Assembly: GCA_951406725.2 (NCBI GenBank)
Contig: OX597831.1
Location: 40,424,001 to 40,488,000, forward strand
Direction of reading: 5' to 3'
Length of the DNA stretch: 64,000 nt
DNA from: Octopus vulgaris
Lineage: Eukaryota
The translations under genes and the position numbers were made by a program. Positions 42,511 to 55,928 of this stretch are shown piece after piece; the first letter of the stretch is position 1, and each line of letters opens with the position of its first letter. The notes under the pieces are model-generated. The model was not told where the DNA came from, made no database searches, and worked only from the letters and a program-made list of their open reading frames with translations.

Positions 42511-44099
42511 TAATCGTTGTTGTTATTGTTCTCGTTTCATTGTAAACAGATGTATTTGCCTACCGCTGGAAATAATTTTTTTTTTAAATTCGATTAATTT
42601 ACAAACAGATGTTTGCACATCTATTCTAGTTCTTAGGGTAAACAATAGATCTGTGTTTGAGACATAAAATTTCTCTGGAAAATTGTTCTTTACATTTTTT
42701 AATAAGACTTTTTCTACTGGTGAAGGAGAAAGAGGAGCTAAAAGCAAATAATGAAGTACTTTATAAATTCCTGAAAAAACATAAGATAAGTTTCTAATTC
42801 CACAGAAACTAATTTAAAAAAATAAAAGGATAAATGAAATTTTTTTGTAACTATATAAACTGACAAAATTATTATGAAACAGACTCACAAATATAATCAC
42901 TATTTGGCATTTGAAAATACAAATATGACCGACATGAAAAGTACTAACAGCAAGAGCAACGACGAATATTTACAAGATATTAATAAAATATATTCATTGT
43001 TTGTATTACAAAACAGGCAGGTATAAACACAGGTCGAATCCAGTGAAAGAAAGGAGTGTAGTAGACGTATGTTACAAAAGCGTGTGCCTCCTTGCCTGAG
43101 AAATTATTCGGGGACTGGAAAGGAGCAGGTTCACTTAATCTGGCAGCGTAAAGGTCAGCTTATACTATTAAATGAATAAGGTGGTGAATTTGAGAGTGTG
43201 TACATGGTCTTTAAAACCAAAGGCAAGAATTCAGGCCGGTCTGCTGTTCCACACAACTAGCCACAACCTGGTGACGCAATATATGGGATGATGTAATACG
43301 GAGGTCACTATAAGAGAGTTTGCTGGTGAATTTTATTTCGGCAGTTCGCTTCCTTTGCAATTCAGTTATGAGCTGGTGAGCGTTGATGGAAACAGAATGG
43401 CAAGTGGTCAGATGGTTTTCTTAATGTACGTACGTTATTTGATGATGTCCTCCGAAGCTCAAAGAACTAACCTGGAACTGTTTTCCATTCTAGACGAAGA
43501 CGAGAGTAAGACGATAAACTTGTGGCTAAGAAAAGACCAGCTATTATACGCATAGCTGTAATAGCCACTCGTGCGATATCTTCACAGAGAAGCTGGAATT
43601 GCAGAGAAAGGCTGACAGTCACTTAGCGTTTCGGCAAAAAGAGAACGATAGAATAAGTACTAGGCTTACAAAGAATAAGTCCTGGGGTCTATTTGTTCGA
43701 CTGAAGGTGGTGCTCAGCATGGCCGCAGTCAATTGACTGAAACAAGTAAAAGGGTAAAAGGATTAAAATTCATGTCTACACATACATTTTTGTGCCATCT
43801 TACTGCACTCACTCAAGAAATAATTGATGATTTCGTCCCGTTTTCTGCAGATTCTACGTTTGCTGTCTGACTGAGTTTTGTCGATCTTTGTTTTTATCAA
43901 ATTCGTCATAATGGTTTGTTTCCGGAAAGTTGTAATTAGGGCTTCGGTCTTTTGTTTCGAGTTGCCCCTTACAGCCGCAGCGAGCGTTCTTCCAGCATTC
44001 TCGTTTTTTTTTTTTTTGCATTGATTGGCCTTCTTACTCCATTTCTTTCCATCTGCTTCCTCAGTTGTTCTTCCTTTTCTTCAGTAACTTTTAAGATAT

Positions 44100-44975
44100 C
44101 TCTAGTCTCTAGCCACCGATGGTGTTCTTTCTTCACTCTGCATGACATATTTTCAACCCCACTATCACAGTATTGAAAAACTTGTTTTTATGACAGCTAC
44201 TGCTCCTATCACTATCGGAATAGTTGGGCTTTTAAGACGCCACATTTGTTTGTCTCATTTTCAAGATTCTTGTATTTTGCAAGTATTTCGTCCCTTTTGC
44301 GGACACATTTCCATCATCAGTACAATCATGTCAACGAGAAAGCAGGTCTAGCTTTTTAAAATCTTTAATAATAATTCCAGGACGGTTTGCATTGATAATA
44401 CGATCTGTGTGGACGCTAAAGTCCCAAAGTTGTGGTTTGTTTTCATACAAGTTTTCTCTAAGTTCTACATTATAGTGTTTGCGTATTATCCAGGGGATAT
44501 ATTTCCCACGCTATCGTGTCTGGTCTTATATTCAGTTGCTGTTAGTGTGGGGCATCATGATATTATATGATCAGTAGTTTCAAATTGTGCGTTGTATATC
44601 TTGCATTTGGTATCTGCTCCGTTCCTAAGAATATTTGTCTGATAATTTCTTGTATAGAGGCTCTGATCCTCGGCAGCGCAAATAAAACCTTCTATTTCAG
44701 CCTTTAATCTAGAACTTCACAGCCACTGATGGTTTTGGGTTTGGTCTCAATCAGTGTCCTAAGTGCGAAGTGGGAGTTGGTCCTCCAGAGATTTTTTTAA
44801 ATTTTTCTCTAAATGTTTTTAGACCATCTGACTTTGCCTTACCTCTGTGAAATTTTGCTGCTTTAGTTGGAATTAGGTCAACTTTATCCCTTAGATGTAC
44901 GTCTGCAGTTCTCAGTAGTTTCCTGTATTTTCATATCAATTTGAGTACGGAGTGGAGTTTCTTTTGGTTTTCGCG
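44100..44975 (-). mobile_element. Degenerate Dong/R4-like retrotransposon (zinc knuckle + RLE region)
   Basis: Reverse strand fragments AEIEGFICAAEDQSLYTRNY, ETTDHIIS*CPTL, YKTRHDSV and WDFSVHTDRIINANRP. Confidence 0.78.
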
Positions 44976-45049
44976 ATCACCTTCTGAGTACAAATTCCGC
45001 CGGGGTCAACTTTGCATTTCATCCTTTCGGGGTTGATGAGATAAATACC

Positions 45050-45280
45050 TGTTTCTTTACTACCCACAAGGGGCTAAACACAGAGAGGACAAACAAGGAC
45101 AGACAAACGGATTAAGTCGATTACTTCGACCCCAGTGTGTAACTGGTACTTAATTTATCGACCCCGAAAGGATGAAAGGCAAAGTCGACCTCGGCGGAAT
45201 TTGAACTCAGAACGTGACGGCAGACGAAATACGGCCACGCATTTCGCCCGGCGTGCTAACGTTTCTGCCAGCTCGCCGCC
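45050..45280 (-). mobile_element. SINE family B, full length, 3' part of U6 chimera
   Basis: Starts GGCGGCGAGCTGGCAGAAACGTTAGC, like the copies at 56551, 58815 and 62884. Confidence 0.85.
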
Positions 45281-45296
45281 ATAATTTTTTTTTTTT

Positions 45297-45393
45297 ATGG
45301 AACGCTTCACGAATTTGCGTGTCATCCTTGCGCAGGGACCATGCTAATCTTCTCCGTATCGTTCCAATTTTAGAATATGTACCGCCGTAGCTA
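45297..45393 (-). pseudogene. U6: U6 snRNA retro-pseudogene (near full length) with oligo(A)
   Basis: Reverse strand AAAATTGGAACGATACGGAGAAGATTAGCATGGTCCCTGCGCAAGGATGACACGCAAATTCGTGAAGCGTTCCAT + A12. The ACAGAGA box is mutated to ACGGAGA and there is no T-run terminator. Confidence 0.93.
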
Positions 45394-45983
45394 GATGAGA
45401 TAAATACCAGTTACGCACTGGGGTCGATGTAACTGACCATCTTTCTCCTTAATAACAGTTGTTATTTTTTAAATTTTGCTTTTGTTGACATCGGTCGTGC
45501 TTCGCTTCGCTTTCAGCAATACTGGGTTCTGCCATATTTCATTTAATGAAAAAAGAAAAAAAAAATTGGACTATTTGCAAACAAGAGATTTCTGGAAATC
45601 TTGACAAAATATTTGTCTTTTAAGCATTTATTTAACTTTTTAAAATAAAAACAAAAAAAAAAAAGGAAAAGAAAAATCGTTCATTTCCAAATCTTTAAAG
45701 ATGGCTTCTTCCTCGTCTGGAGTAGAGGCAAGAGGAAATATCGGGAAAACGAGGGAAAATAGTTAAAGATTGTGAAAATGAAAAAATACAGAATGAAAAT
45801 AAATTCTAGACAAATAAAAAAGAGAATGGTAACAATTTAAACAAACAGATGCGATTTACAAACACAAACATACACATTGACACTTCGTAAAATTTACAGA
45901 AAAAAAAACCTAAGTGTAGAAATCTGCAATGTAATAACCAAAATAATTTTCACAACAATGTGCTATCTCTTTTTTTTTTCTCT

Positions 45984-46396
45984 TTTACTTGTTTCGGTCA
46001 TTTGAACTGCGGCCATGCTGGAGCACCGCCTTTTAGTCGAGCAAATCGACCCCAGGACTTATTCTTGGAAGCCTAGTACTTATTCTATCGGTCTATTTTG
46101 CCGAACCACTAATTTTTGGGAACGTAAGCACACCACCATCGGTTGTCAAGCGATGTTGTGGGGACAAACACAGACATACAAACATATACACACACATGTA
46201 CATATATATATATATATATTTATATATACATATATACGACGGGCTTCTTTCAGTTTCCGTCTACCAAATCCACTCACAAGGCTTTGGTCGGCTCGAGGCT
46301 ATAGTAGAAGACACTTGCCCAAGGTCCCACGCAGGGGGAATGAACCCGGATCAATGTGGTTGGTAAGCAAGCTACTTACCACACAGCCACTCCTGC
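45984..46396 (-). mobile_element. SINE family C
   Basis: Matches 38097-38502. Confidence 0.85.
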
Positions 46397-47120
46397 TTCG
46401 TAAAATTTATGAAGTGTCATAAATATATTTTTTAATGTTTGGAGCCAAAAAGCGGCATTACACAGAGGTTAGCTCTCTGAAAACATACAATAAATAGTAG
46501 AGATAAACCACAATAAATGAGCCTTCTTGTTTGACGATTTTATCGAACAAAAGGCAAAAAGAAAAAGTATATAGCACTGCCTCTCGAAAAGCGTAGAGGT
46601 TTTAAGTGTGCCCGCAAAGGGGCAACTAAAAGAAGTATTGCCCAATTCGTGAGACTGTGTCTCTAATATCTGTCAATGTCAGAGTTACAGAACCACGCGC
46701 GCCTTGTTTTCAAAACTGAGTATTGGTTAAAGAGGTAGGCTAAGTTGGTGCGTCATGCAATCGTCCATACACAAATACCGCGATACTTGGATTTAATGGT
46801 TGCGTGAAACGTAGATGCTTTTCTAATGGAATTCTATGAAAATTTGGAAGAAGACAATGAGGATGAATTAGTAATTAGCGAAGTGGAATTGCTAATTAAG
46901 AGATGTCGACGCTAACTGGACCAACGATATGATTATAAAAATACATTTGGATGATGGAGTAAAATTGATCACTCCTCTACTAACCTATCATAACCGAAAA
47001 GGCCCCTGATTAGGAGTAGTTATCGTCTTGATTGAGGACTTTCAGATGGTGATAGTACAACGCAAAAATCCTCTCGAGCATATTGAAGTACATTAATAAT
47101 TTAGACATAAATTTAGACAT

Positions 47121-47518
47121 AGGCGCAGGAGTGGCTGTGTGGTAAGTAGCTTGCTTACCAACCACATGGTTCCGAGTTCAGTCCCACTGCGTGGCATCTT
47201 GGGCAAGTGTCTTCTACTATAGCCTCGGGCCAACCAAAGCCTTGTGAGTGAATTTGGTAGACGGAAACTGAAAGAAGCCCGTCGTATATATGTATGTATA
47301 TATATATGTGTGTGTGTATGTTTGTGTGTCTGTGTTTGTCCCCCTAGCATTGCTTGACAACCGATGCTGGTGTGTTTACGTCCCCGTAACTTAGCGGTTC
47401 GGCAAAAGAGACCGATAGAAAAAGAACTGGGCTTACAAAAGAATAAGTCCCGGGGTCGAGTTGCTCGATTAAAGGCGGTGTTCCAGCATGGCCGCAGTCA
47501 TATGACTGAAACAAGTAA
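47121..47518 (+). mobile_element. SINE family C
   Basis: Reverse complement of 38097-38502. Confidence 0.85.
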
Positions 47519-47747
47519 ACATCAAACATAAAGCAAACGGTTGTGTAGAGAGTAAATTAGTCGATAGCATCGATTCTTACTGACCCTGGAGGCTTGAATG
47601 AAAGAACTGACATTATAGTGTCTCTTCGTTATACATTATAATTCTTCAAATTCACCACGCAAGCGCAGTTCCAGCCTGAAAAATTTTAATGTATAACGAA
47701 GAGACATGTGTTAAGCGTCTCTTAATTATATGTTAGTGTTTTGGCGC

Positions 47748-47817
47748 GGTCACTGATGAGAAATTCGCCTAGCAAATTATTTTATTTGCTAAAAAAAATT
47801 TGAAACATACGTCTAAC
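47748..47817 (+). ncRNA. Hammerhead motif with extended stem II
   Basis: ggtca-CTGATGA-gaaatt..tagcaaat/atttgcta..aattt-GAAAC ATAC GTC-taac. Confidence 0.6.
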
Positions 47818-48086
47818 TTGTTTAAAATAACAAGGTAAAATTAATTATTTTTCATTCCTTTTGAAGATTGCTTTTAAATGTGGTTTTGGTCGTTTTGACT
47901 ACTTCTTCTAGCGTGTAAAACCTGGCTGTTGAAGGCAGTTTTCTCTTGTGTTTAAATGTACACTATTTTATATTTAGATCATGTTGTCTATTGACTTTTA
48001 TACAGGCTATGCCACTGGTAGTGAAATTTCTAAAGCTCACTACCCTATATTTTTCGTATATATATATATATATATATACACATATA

Positions 48087-48142
<56 letters not shown>

Positions 48143-49077
48143 TGTGTGTGTATGTATGCATGTATGTATGTATGTATGTATGTATGTATGTATGTATGTA
48201 TGTATGTATGTATATATGTATGTATGTGTGTGTGTGTATCATGTATGTATGTATGTATGTATGTATGTATGTATGTATGTATATATGTATATATGTATGT
48301 ATGTGTGTGTGTGTATCATGTATGTATGTATGTATGTATGTATGTATGTATGTATGTATGTATGTATGTATGTATGTATGGATGGATGGATGTATGTATG
48401 GATGTAGCGTTGGCTGTAATGCCTCGGAATATTTGCTCCAATTCCCAACGCTCTAAGTTCAGATTCTACCAACGTCACTCTTTGCCTTTCCTCATTTCGG
48501 AGTCGTTAAAATAAAGTACTGAGGTTGATGGTATCTGCTTCCCATCTCCCGTTAAAAACTGCCGGCCTTGTGCCTAAATCAGAAACAAGAGCGGCGAGCT
48601 AGCAGAATCGTTAAGTACCAGTAAAATTTCAGATCTTGTGCCTTTAGTAGAAAGGATCATCGTCGTCGTCATCATCATCATCATCATGTTTCACCTTGTA
48701 CACAACAAATTTATGTTTTGAAATTGAATAACAATAAACCTCGTCAACTTTCCTTTCAAAACCTGTTCTGCATAATTCTTATTTAAAAAAAAAAAAAGGA
48801 AAAAGGTTACAACAAGTTTCGTGTTTCAATTCCAACGTTACTTAGTCTCAACACACTCCCCTCCACCCCCACAAACAAACAAATTATTTGTGTTTTCCCG
48901 TGCCAGTGTCCCTATGACAACAGGCAGGAAAAAAATGATTTTTCTTTATTGTCATGTTTCAAAGATTTCTCAGTTCTTTTGCCAAATCTAAATAATTTCC
49001 AATATTTTTTTCTGTTAGTGTAGTAAAAGTTTTCGCTGTTTTATACTATGCTTCTATTTTCTCTCTCTCCCTCCCTT

Positions 49078-49108
<31 letters not shown>

Positions 49109-50780
49109 CTCTCACTCTCCTTCTTTCTCTCTCACACTCACTCGCTCCTTTTCTTCATTGCTGTCATATACGTTCTCCAAGTTTCCGTTGTTATATAGCC
49201 AGTGTTTACAAGAGAAATCACACATTTTTATGGTTGTAGTTTTACAGTGACAGATTTCAGCAAGTGCTGCTCTCACCTTTCATCTGCTTTGAATCCAAAC
49301 TTTCCACTAACTTCACAGTTTTTATTTTCCCTACGTACTGCCATGTCTTCTTTTTATTCTCTTCTTTTCGTGCCATCTTGCAACATTCGTAGACTAATTC
49401 ATTGATAAGATTAACAGCTTTATGCTTTGACACATAATCAAAACTCAGTGTCTCGCTGGGCGCCTTGCTGGTTTCTGTCTCCATTTATTTCTTAAAGTTT
49501 ATTCTAACCATTGGTTTTCGTTTAGTAACCAGCGGGGGTGTGTGGTTCTCTATCTCTTGTTCAGTGCTTCATCTTCCATCGAAGACTTTGTTCTACTCCT
49601 ATTAAAACGCTGATATTCTTTTCCTACTTTCACTTATTGGAATTTATTACCATGCTGAGGCATTCGTTTTAAAGGTTTAGTCGATATATCAGCTGCAAAA
49701 TTTGTAGATTGGTACTTACTTTATTGCACACACAAGAATGAAAGGTACATTTGATCTGAGTGTGATTTGAACGTAGAACTTAAAAGGACTCAAATATTGG
49801 TTTCAAATTTTAGCAGGAGTTTTGTGGAAGGGGATGGTCGAACACATCGCCATTAGTGCTCAACAGCTACTTATTCTATCGACCCCGAAAAAATGAAAGG
49901 CAAAGTTGACCCCAGCGGCATTTGAACTCAGAAGATAAAATCGGAAGACTCAGCGCTAAGCATTTTGGCCGGAGTGGTAACGATTCTGCCAGCTCGCTGC
50001 CTTAAAAAGTACTTAAATATTGGCTCCAAATTTTGACGCAATTTCGTGGTAATTTCGTGGGAAGGGATAACTCGATTGCAACAACCCCATTGCCTGACTG
50101 GTATTTATTTTATACACCCCAAAATACCATAGTATCACGTTCGTTGATGCTACCCTTGGAAATGAACTAGCGTATCATTTTAGAAAAGGCGTAGGTAAAA
50201 TGAATCTACGGATTAAAATAGGGGAAAAGCTAACTACCCCTATAAAATCCCTCTGATCTGTAGAACATACCCGTTTGAAATGAATCCCATGTACGGATAG
50301 GAACTGTATAGCGTACAAAGTAAGCGCACAGACACACTTCAAAACCGGGAATGCAATCTATAGTATAAGGTGTACAGAGGGACTGTGCAGAAACAGGATA
50401 ACGATATATATTGAAGAGACAACCCGTAGCATGGGTGAGAAGATAAGTGGCTACTGGCAGGATTTCAAACAGGAGAAAGCTCGTCAATGCTGTAGCAACA
50501 TACTAAATTAGAGCATGAAAGTTCGGCAGATAACACAAAGGTTACGATCTTATCGAAACATAGAACAAATACGACCGCTCAGACAGATTACGGAAGCCAC
50601 ACACAATAGAAAATAATAAACAGCTCTTCAAAAGAAAACGTGAATGGAATAATAACAGCACTTCACTAAAGTGCACTAGGAAACCTGACGATTAAGGACA
50701 GAATAATAAATAGATAAATAAATAAATGAATAATGAAACTGATGCAAACTATGTAATAAACAAAGCCATATACATTCTCA

Positions 50781-50844
<64 letters not shown>

Positions 50845-51056
50845 CTAACATATAGACATACACAAGAACATATGCAAAAGTATGCGCTAATAAGGTTACA
50901 TACTACTACACAAAGAAAAACTGGAATACACAGGACAAGACTAGAAAAGAGTAGAGACACGAGGAACAGGAAATCACTGAATAGGTCACAGAATGTGCGA
51001 CGAAAGAACTCTGATGATAAAGCTAAAGTGATGATCATATAAATAGTGTGTGTGTA

Positions 51057-51139
<83 letters not shown>

Positions 51140-51229
51140 ATGTGAGTGTTTATTGGCCGAAAAAGAAATGAAAATGACCATCCCCAAATATAATCTGTTT
51201 CAGCATAGGATTTGACATAAAGAAGTTGC

Positions 51230-51298
<69 letters not shown>

Positions 51299-52152
51299 GA
51301 ACACACACACATGCACACACACACATGTATGTTTGTATGTATGTACATACATATATGTTTGTATATATATACGCATATATATGTATATATATATGTTTGT
51401 ATGTCTTTATATACATATATGTTTTATGTATATATATGAATATTATATATATATATATATATACACATACACATACACACACACACATACACATATATTG
51501 ACATACACACACATACACATATATAGAGACATACACATACACACGCACACACACATACACGCACGTCGGTTTATGTCGGACGAAGGAGAGAAAATAATAC
51601 GTGTTCAAGATATAGTTTTTATTTTTTTATTGAAACTAAAACTAGGAGTTTCTCTCGCGACTTAAGTTTCACGCCATTGCAGTCTGTTTTCACCCAAAGA
51701 TACGAGTGACGAAAATTTCTAGTCACGAGAACAAACTCTGTTTCGTCTTCAATAAAAAAAAATATATATATATAACAAAGCAGAAAAACACAAATTGCAC
51801 ACATAGTTCATAATTAAATTTTGCTCACCAGATGTTTCACTCTCAGTAGACATGATTATTTGTATAATTACGTAATTATGGCTATAATTAATTTAAAAGC
51901 GTTGTTAAAAATGGTAATCAAGAGACCGTTATTAATATAAATACAAATGAGATACAAACATACATACATACATACATACATACATACATACATACATACA
52001 TACATACATACATGTGGAGTGGTTGGTGTTATGAAGGGCATCCAACCGTAAAAATCTTGTCAAGCAAACACAATAACTCGGGGTAGTCTTCTACCCGGCT
52101 GTCCAAACCATGCCTGTTGGAAGGCGGATGTTAAAGGATGATGATGATGATG

Positions 52153-52184
<32 letters not shown>

Positions 52185-52532
52185 ATATATGAATATATGC
52201 ATATATACATACATATATGTACATACCTACATCTATATGTATATATACATGCATATATGGGTACAGGACATAAAAAAAAACGTTGAACAGAATGAGAAAC
52301 GAAAACATAAAAACAAAAACATTGAAACGAACTTTTTTTTCAAACAACGAAAAAAGCAGAGTACAAGACATACAACTCAAGGAATTTCCCCTTTTTCAGT
52401 TGTCCCTGTTTTGTCTATTCCGCGTATATATATATAGTTGGAATTTACAAAATATTATAATAAAAAAAAACGAAGACGGGTGTGTAAACAAGGAACAGAT
52501 TTATTAGTTTAACGCTCGGCATGTGAGAAAGT

Positions 52533-52568
52533 GTTTTATGTTTCGAGCCTACGCTCTTCGACAGAAAG
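52533..52568 (-). ncRNA. Minimal hammerhead motif (same family as 33490)
   Basis: Reverse strand cttt-CTGTCGA-agagcgtaggctc-GAAACATA-aaac. The flank also matches 33525-33610. Confidence 0.5.
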
Positions 52569-53049
52569 AAACACAGAATATTTATACTCGTAGACGAGTT
52601 TGGTCACTGCTGACAAACTTCTTATCTTGGATTTTAAAGACAATGGCCGTCAGCAACGCCAAGTTGAAATTTAAAGTGCATAACAGGGGAAACAACACTG
52701 TTAAGTATCATACTGCGAAGTCAAGTAGTCTAGAAATAAGCAAGAGTAAGATATTCGAGTATTATTGCCGAACTTCCTTCTCCAGAAGAAATATTTAAAC
52801 AAAGACTATTGGACTTTCACTCACAGTTGTTGGATGGCCGTCGATTCTACTGAGTCCATCCATCCTGCAGAGTGTCCAACGAAAGTCATTTTCCTTATCA
52901 AACAGGCTTGGTAGAATTGCTGCTTTAGTCGTCGGCGGTCAGTCAATGCAATAAGTTGCATTGGGTTGCATTTTGTCAGTAGCACTGAGATTGACATACA
53001 TATATACTTACGTACATACGCACATACATAAATATATATATATATATAT

Positions 53050-53270
53050 CATGCACCCTCCTCCAGGTGACCCAGCTGGGGCTGATCAGACCCCCAGCTT
53101 GTAATCAGATGGCCAGCTAGCTACCCCGTGGCTCTCCTCTTCTGATCCACAGCCACCTTGAGGCCCTCTCTGCCGCATCAGTGCTACCACGGATGGCCTT
53201 CCTCCTTCTCACTCCCTCGATGCCCAAACTGCTGAAAGCTTTGGTCAGGAATCGGGCTATGAAGCCCCTG
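53050..53270 (-). mobile_element. HERO/NeSL-like RLE retrotransposon 3' end
   Basis: RGFIARFLTKAFSSLGIEGVRRRKAIRGSTDAAERASRWLWIRR* is typical of RLE C-termini. It is followed by a GC-rich hairpin UTR. Confidence 0.7.
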
Positions 53271-53315
53271 CATACATACATGTGCGAACACACACGCACA
53301 CAAACACACGCTTTT

Positions 53316-53693
53316 GGAAGCACTCCGTCAGTTACGACGACGAGGCTTCCGGTTGATCCGAATCAACGGAACAGCCTGCTCGTGAAATTAACGTGTAAGT
53401 GGCTGAGCACTCCACAGACACGTGTACCCTTAACGTAGTTCTCGGGGATATTCAGCGTGACACAGAGAGTGACAAGGCCGGTTCTTTGAAATACAGGTAC
53501 GACAGAAACAGGAAGTAAGAGTGAGAGAAAGTTGTGGTGAAAGAGTACAGCAGGGATCACCACCATCCCTGCCGGAGCCTCGTGGAGCTTAGGTGTTTTC
53601 GCTCAATAAACATTCACAATGCCCGGTCTGGGAATCGAAACCGCGATCCTATGACCGCGAGTCCGCTGTCCTAACCACTGGGCCATTGCGCCT

Positions 53694-53697
<4 letters not shown>
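53316..53697 (-). mobile_element. SINE family A, 100 bp upstream of the 51-nt exon
   Basis: Near-identical to 3415-3796. Confidence 0.87.
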
Positions 53698-53731
<34 letters not shown>

Positions 53732-53801
53732 CATATATGTTAATCATTATCATGATTAAGATCATTGCGAGTATATTTTTCTCTGTTGTTTCACCAAACA
53801 G

Positions 53802-53852
53802 GTCCAAGTTGTTGCAGAAAGAGACCCAGTTCGATTATTGAATGAAACCAAG
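53802..53852 (+). CDS. CCDC148: CCDC148-like 51-nt exon after a 25.4-kb intron
   Basis: aacag acceptor, GTAGGA donor. VQVVAERDPVRLLNETK resembles VAVVAQFDPVRMMSDTM. Phase 0/0. Confidence 0.88.
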
Positions 53853-54194
53853 GTAGGAGAACAGTTTACACTTCAAATTTGAGTCATCGCCATTAATCTG
53901 CTTTATCTTGTTTACCAATAACAGCATTAATAGTTAGAGAAAAAACCCAAAGAAGAACATACGCATAGCAGCATATGTCCACACACATGTTCACACACTC
54001 AAATGCTCACATACACACATGCTCACATGCACACACGCAGTTGTAAGGAGAAAAATATCTATTTCTGTGTTCGTGCTGTGTATGTTTACATTCTTATTTC
54101 ACCTACAGGGATGGCTTTTATAGTGTTTATATATAAACAAGTTCTCCTCATTTACACTGTTGTGCATACGTCTGTCTGTCTATCTATCTATCTG

Positions 54195-54297
<103 letters not shown>

Positions 54298-54760
54298 GAA
54301 TACACACACACACGCACGCACGCACACAGATATAATATATATATATATGCCTAATATATATATATGAGACACTTGCCTAAGGTGTCACGCAATGGGACTA
54401 ACCCAGAACCATGTGGTTGGGAAGCAAGCTTCTTACCACACACAGACACTCTCCTGTGCCTATATATATATATATAGAGAGAGAGGGGGGGAGGGGAGAG
54501 AGAGGTATTAATCCCTCGATTATTACGGGTGTTACATTCCAAAACACCTCACAAAATAATCAAATCTAAAAAAATATAAATATCTTTCGGCAGCAGGAAT
54601 CCACAATATAAATTTACATATAATAGCCACAAAAATCCATCCACGATGTACTGAGTGCGTGATAGGTGAACCGTGATACGGCGAGGGATTATTGTGTATA
54701 CCGGAGTAAACATATAAATGTGAAACAAGGTGGAAAAAAAGAGTACTCAAATATTTTAAC

Positions 54761-54806
54761 AAACCTGTCCGACGAACGGGAACGTGAAACTCCGGGTAAC
54801 AGGTTT
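54761..54806 (+). ncRNA. Hammerhead motif with perfect 8-bp stem I, U4C core
   Basis: aaacctgt-CCGACGA-acg ggaa cgt-GAAAC TCCGG GTA-acaggttt, 30 nt before (TA)n. Confidence 0.68.
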
Positions 54807-54835
54807 TTTTTTAATTTCTGCTGCTTTTAAATAAA

Positions 54836-54878
<43 letters not shown>

Positions 54879-55109
54879 TGCGTGTATTTTTCCCTTGTTA
54901 ACAACACGGAAAAATATATAGATAGTTACCGGGATAGCAAAAAATCACACAAGTAAAAGGTTGCAACTCCTTGCTTTTAAAGGTAGAAACTTCGGGTTTA
55001 CGTGAAACATTTTGTATAATATATATGAATAAACGCAATTGAATAATACCAGTGATATCTTCGAAACATGTGTCGGAAGTAAAAGAATTTGAATAATACC
55101 TGTGTTTAA

Positions 55110-55159
<50 letters not shown>

Positions 55160-55573
55160 TTAGAGAGAGAGATGCATACATACGTACATAAACACGCACA
55201 CACACACACACACATACACATACAAAGTCTGTAGAAATGAAAGGCAAATAAATGGAAAAGATTAAAGAAAAAATATTTTATAAATTGAAATTTACTTTAT
55301 TATAATGTTCGGCACATCTTGTTTTGGCATTCTAAGTACATCGTCAGTACACCACAGGTAATCAAGAGAGAGACCAAATTCGTTTCAGGTTTTGCTAATC
55401 AAATTCCACAATATTTTCATTGATTTTCTCAAAGATATTTCCTTATAAAAATTGCTTCTTTCATAGAAATATTTCCAAGATGTGAATTTCATATGTCACC
55501 GCAACTTAAAATCTATAGGAACAAAAAAAAAGTGCATAAGAAAAAAAATGAAAAAGAAAAAATCGAGAGCTGC

Positions 55574-55630
<57 letters not shown>

Positions 55631-55862
55631 CAGCAGCAGCGGCGGCGGTGGCTGTGGTGGTAGTGGAGATGGTGGTGGAGATGGTGGTGGAGATGGTGGT
55701 ATTTTCTTGAAAATGGCGTGGTGGTTTTGGGGAAATGTGGTGATGGTGGTGGACGTGGTGCTGGTGTCAGAGTTGGGGATGGTAGGAAAAAATCGGTTGG
55801 AAAAATGAGAACTACTACTACTACTACCACTACTGCGAAGCAGCAGCAGTAGCAGTAGCCGC

Positions 55863-55928
<66 letters not shown>

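Noticed and set aside
45297-45393. Functional U6 gene
   Set aside because: The ACAGAGA box is mutated, the 5' end is clipped, an A-tail replaces the T terminator, and the copy is flanked by a TSD.
50995-51030. CGAAA...CTGATGA as a permuted hammerhead
   Set aside because: There is no room for stems I and III between the motifs.
51645-51740. GAAACTTAAGTC on the - strand with flanking complementarity
   Set aside because: No CTGANGA core. It is better explained as a plain imperfect hairpin.
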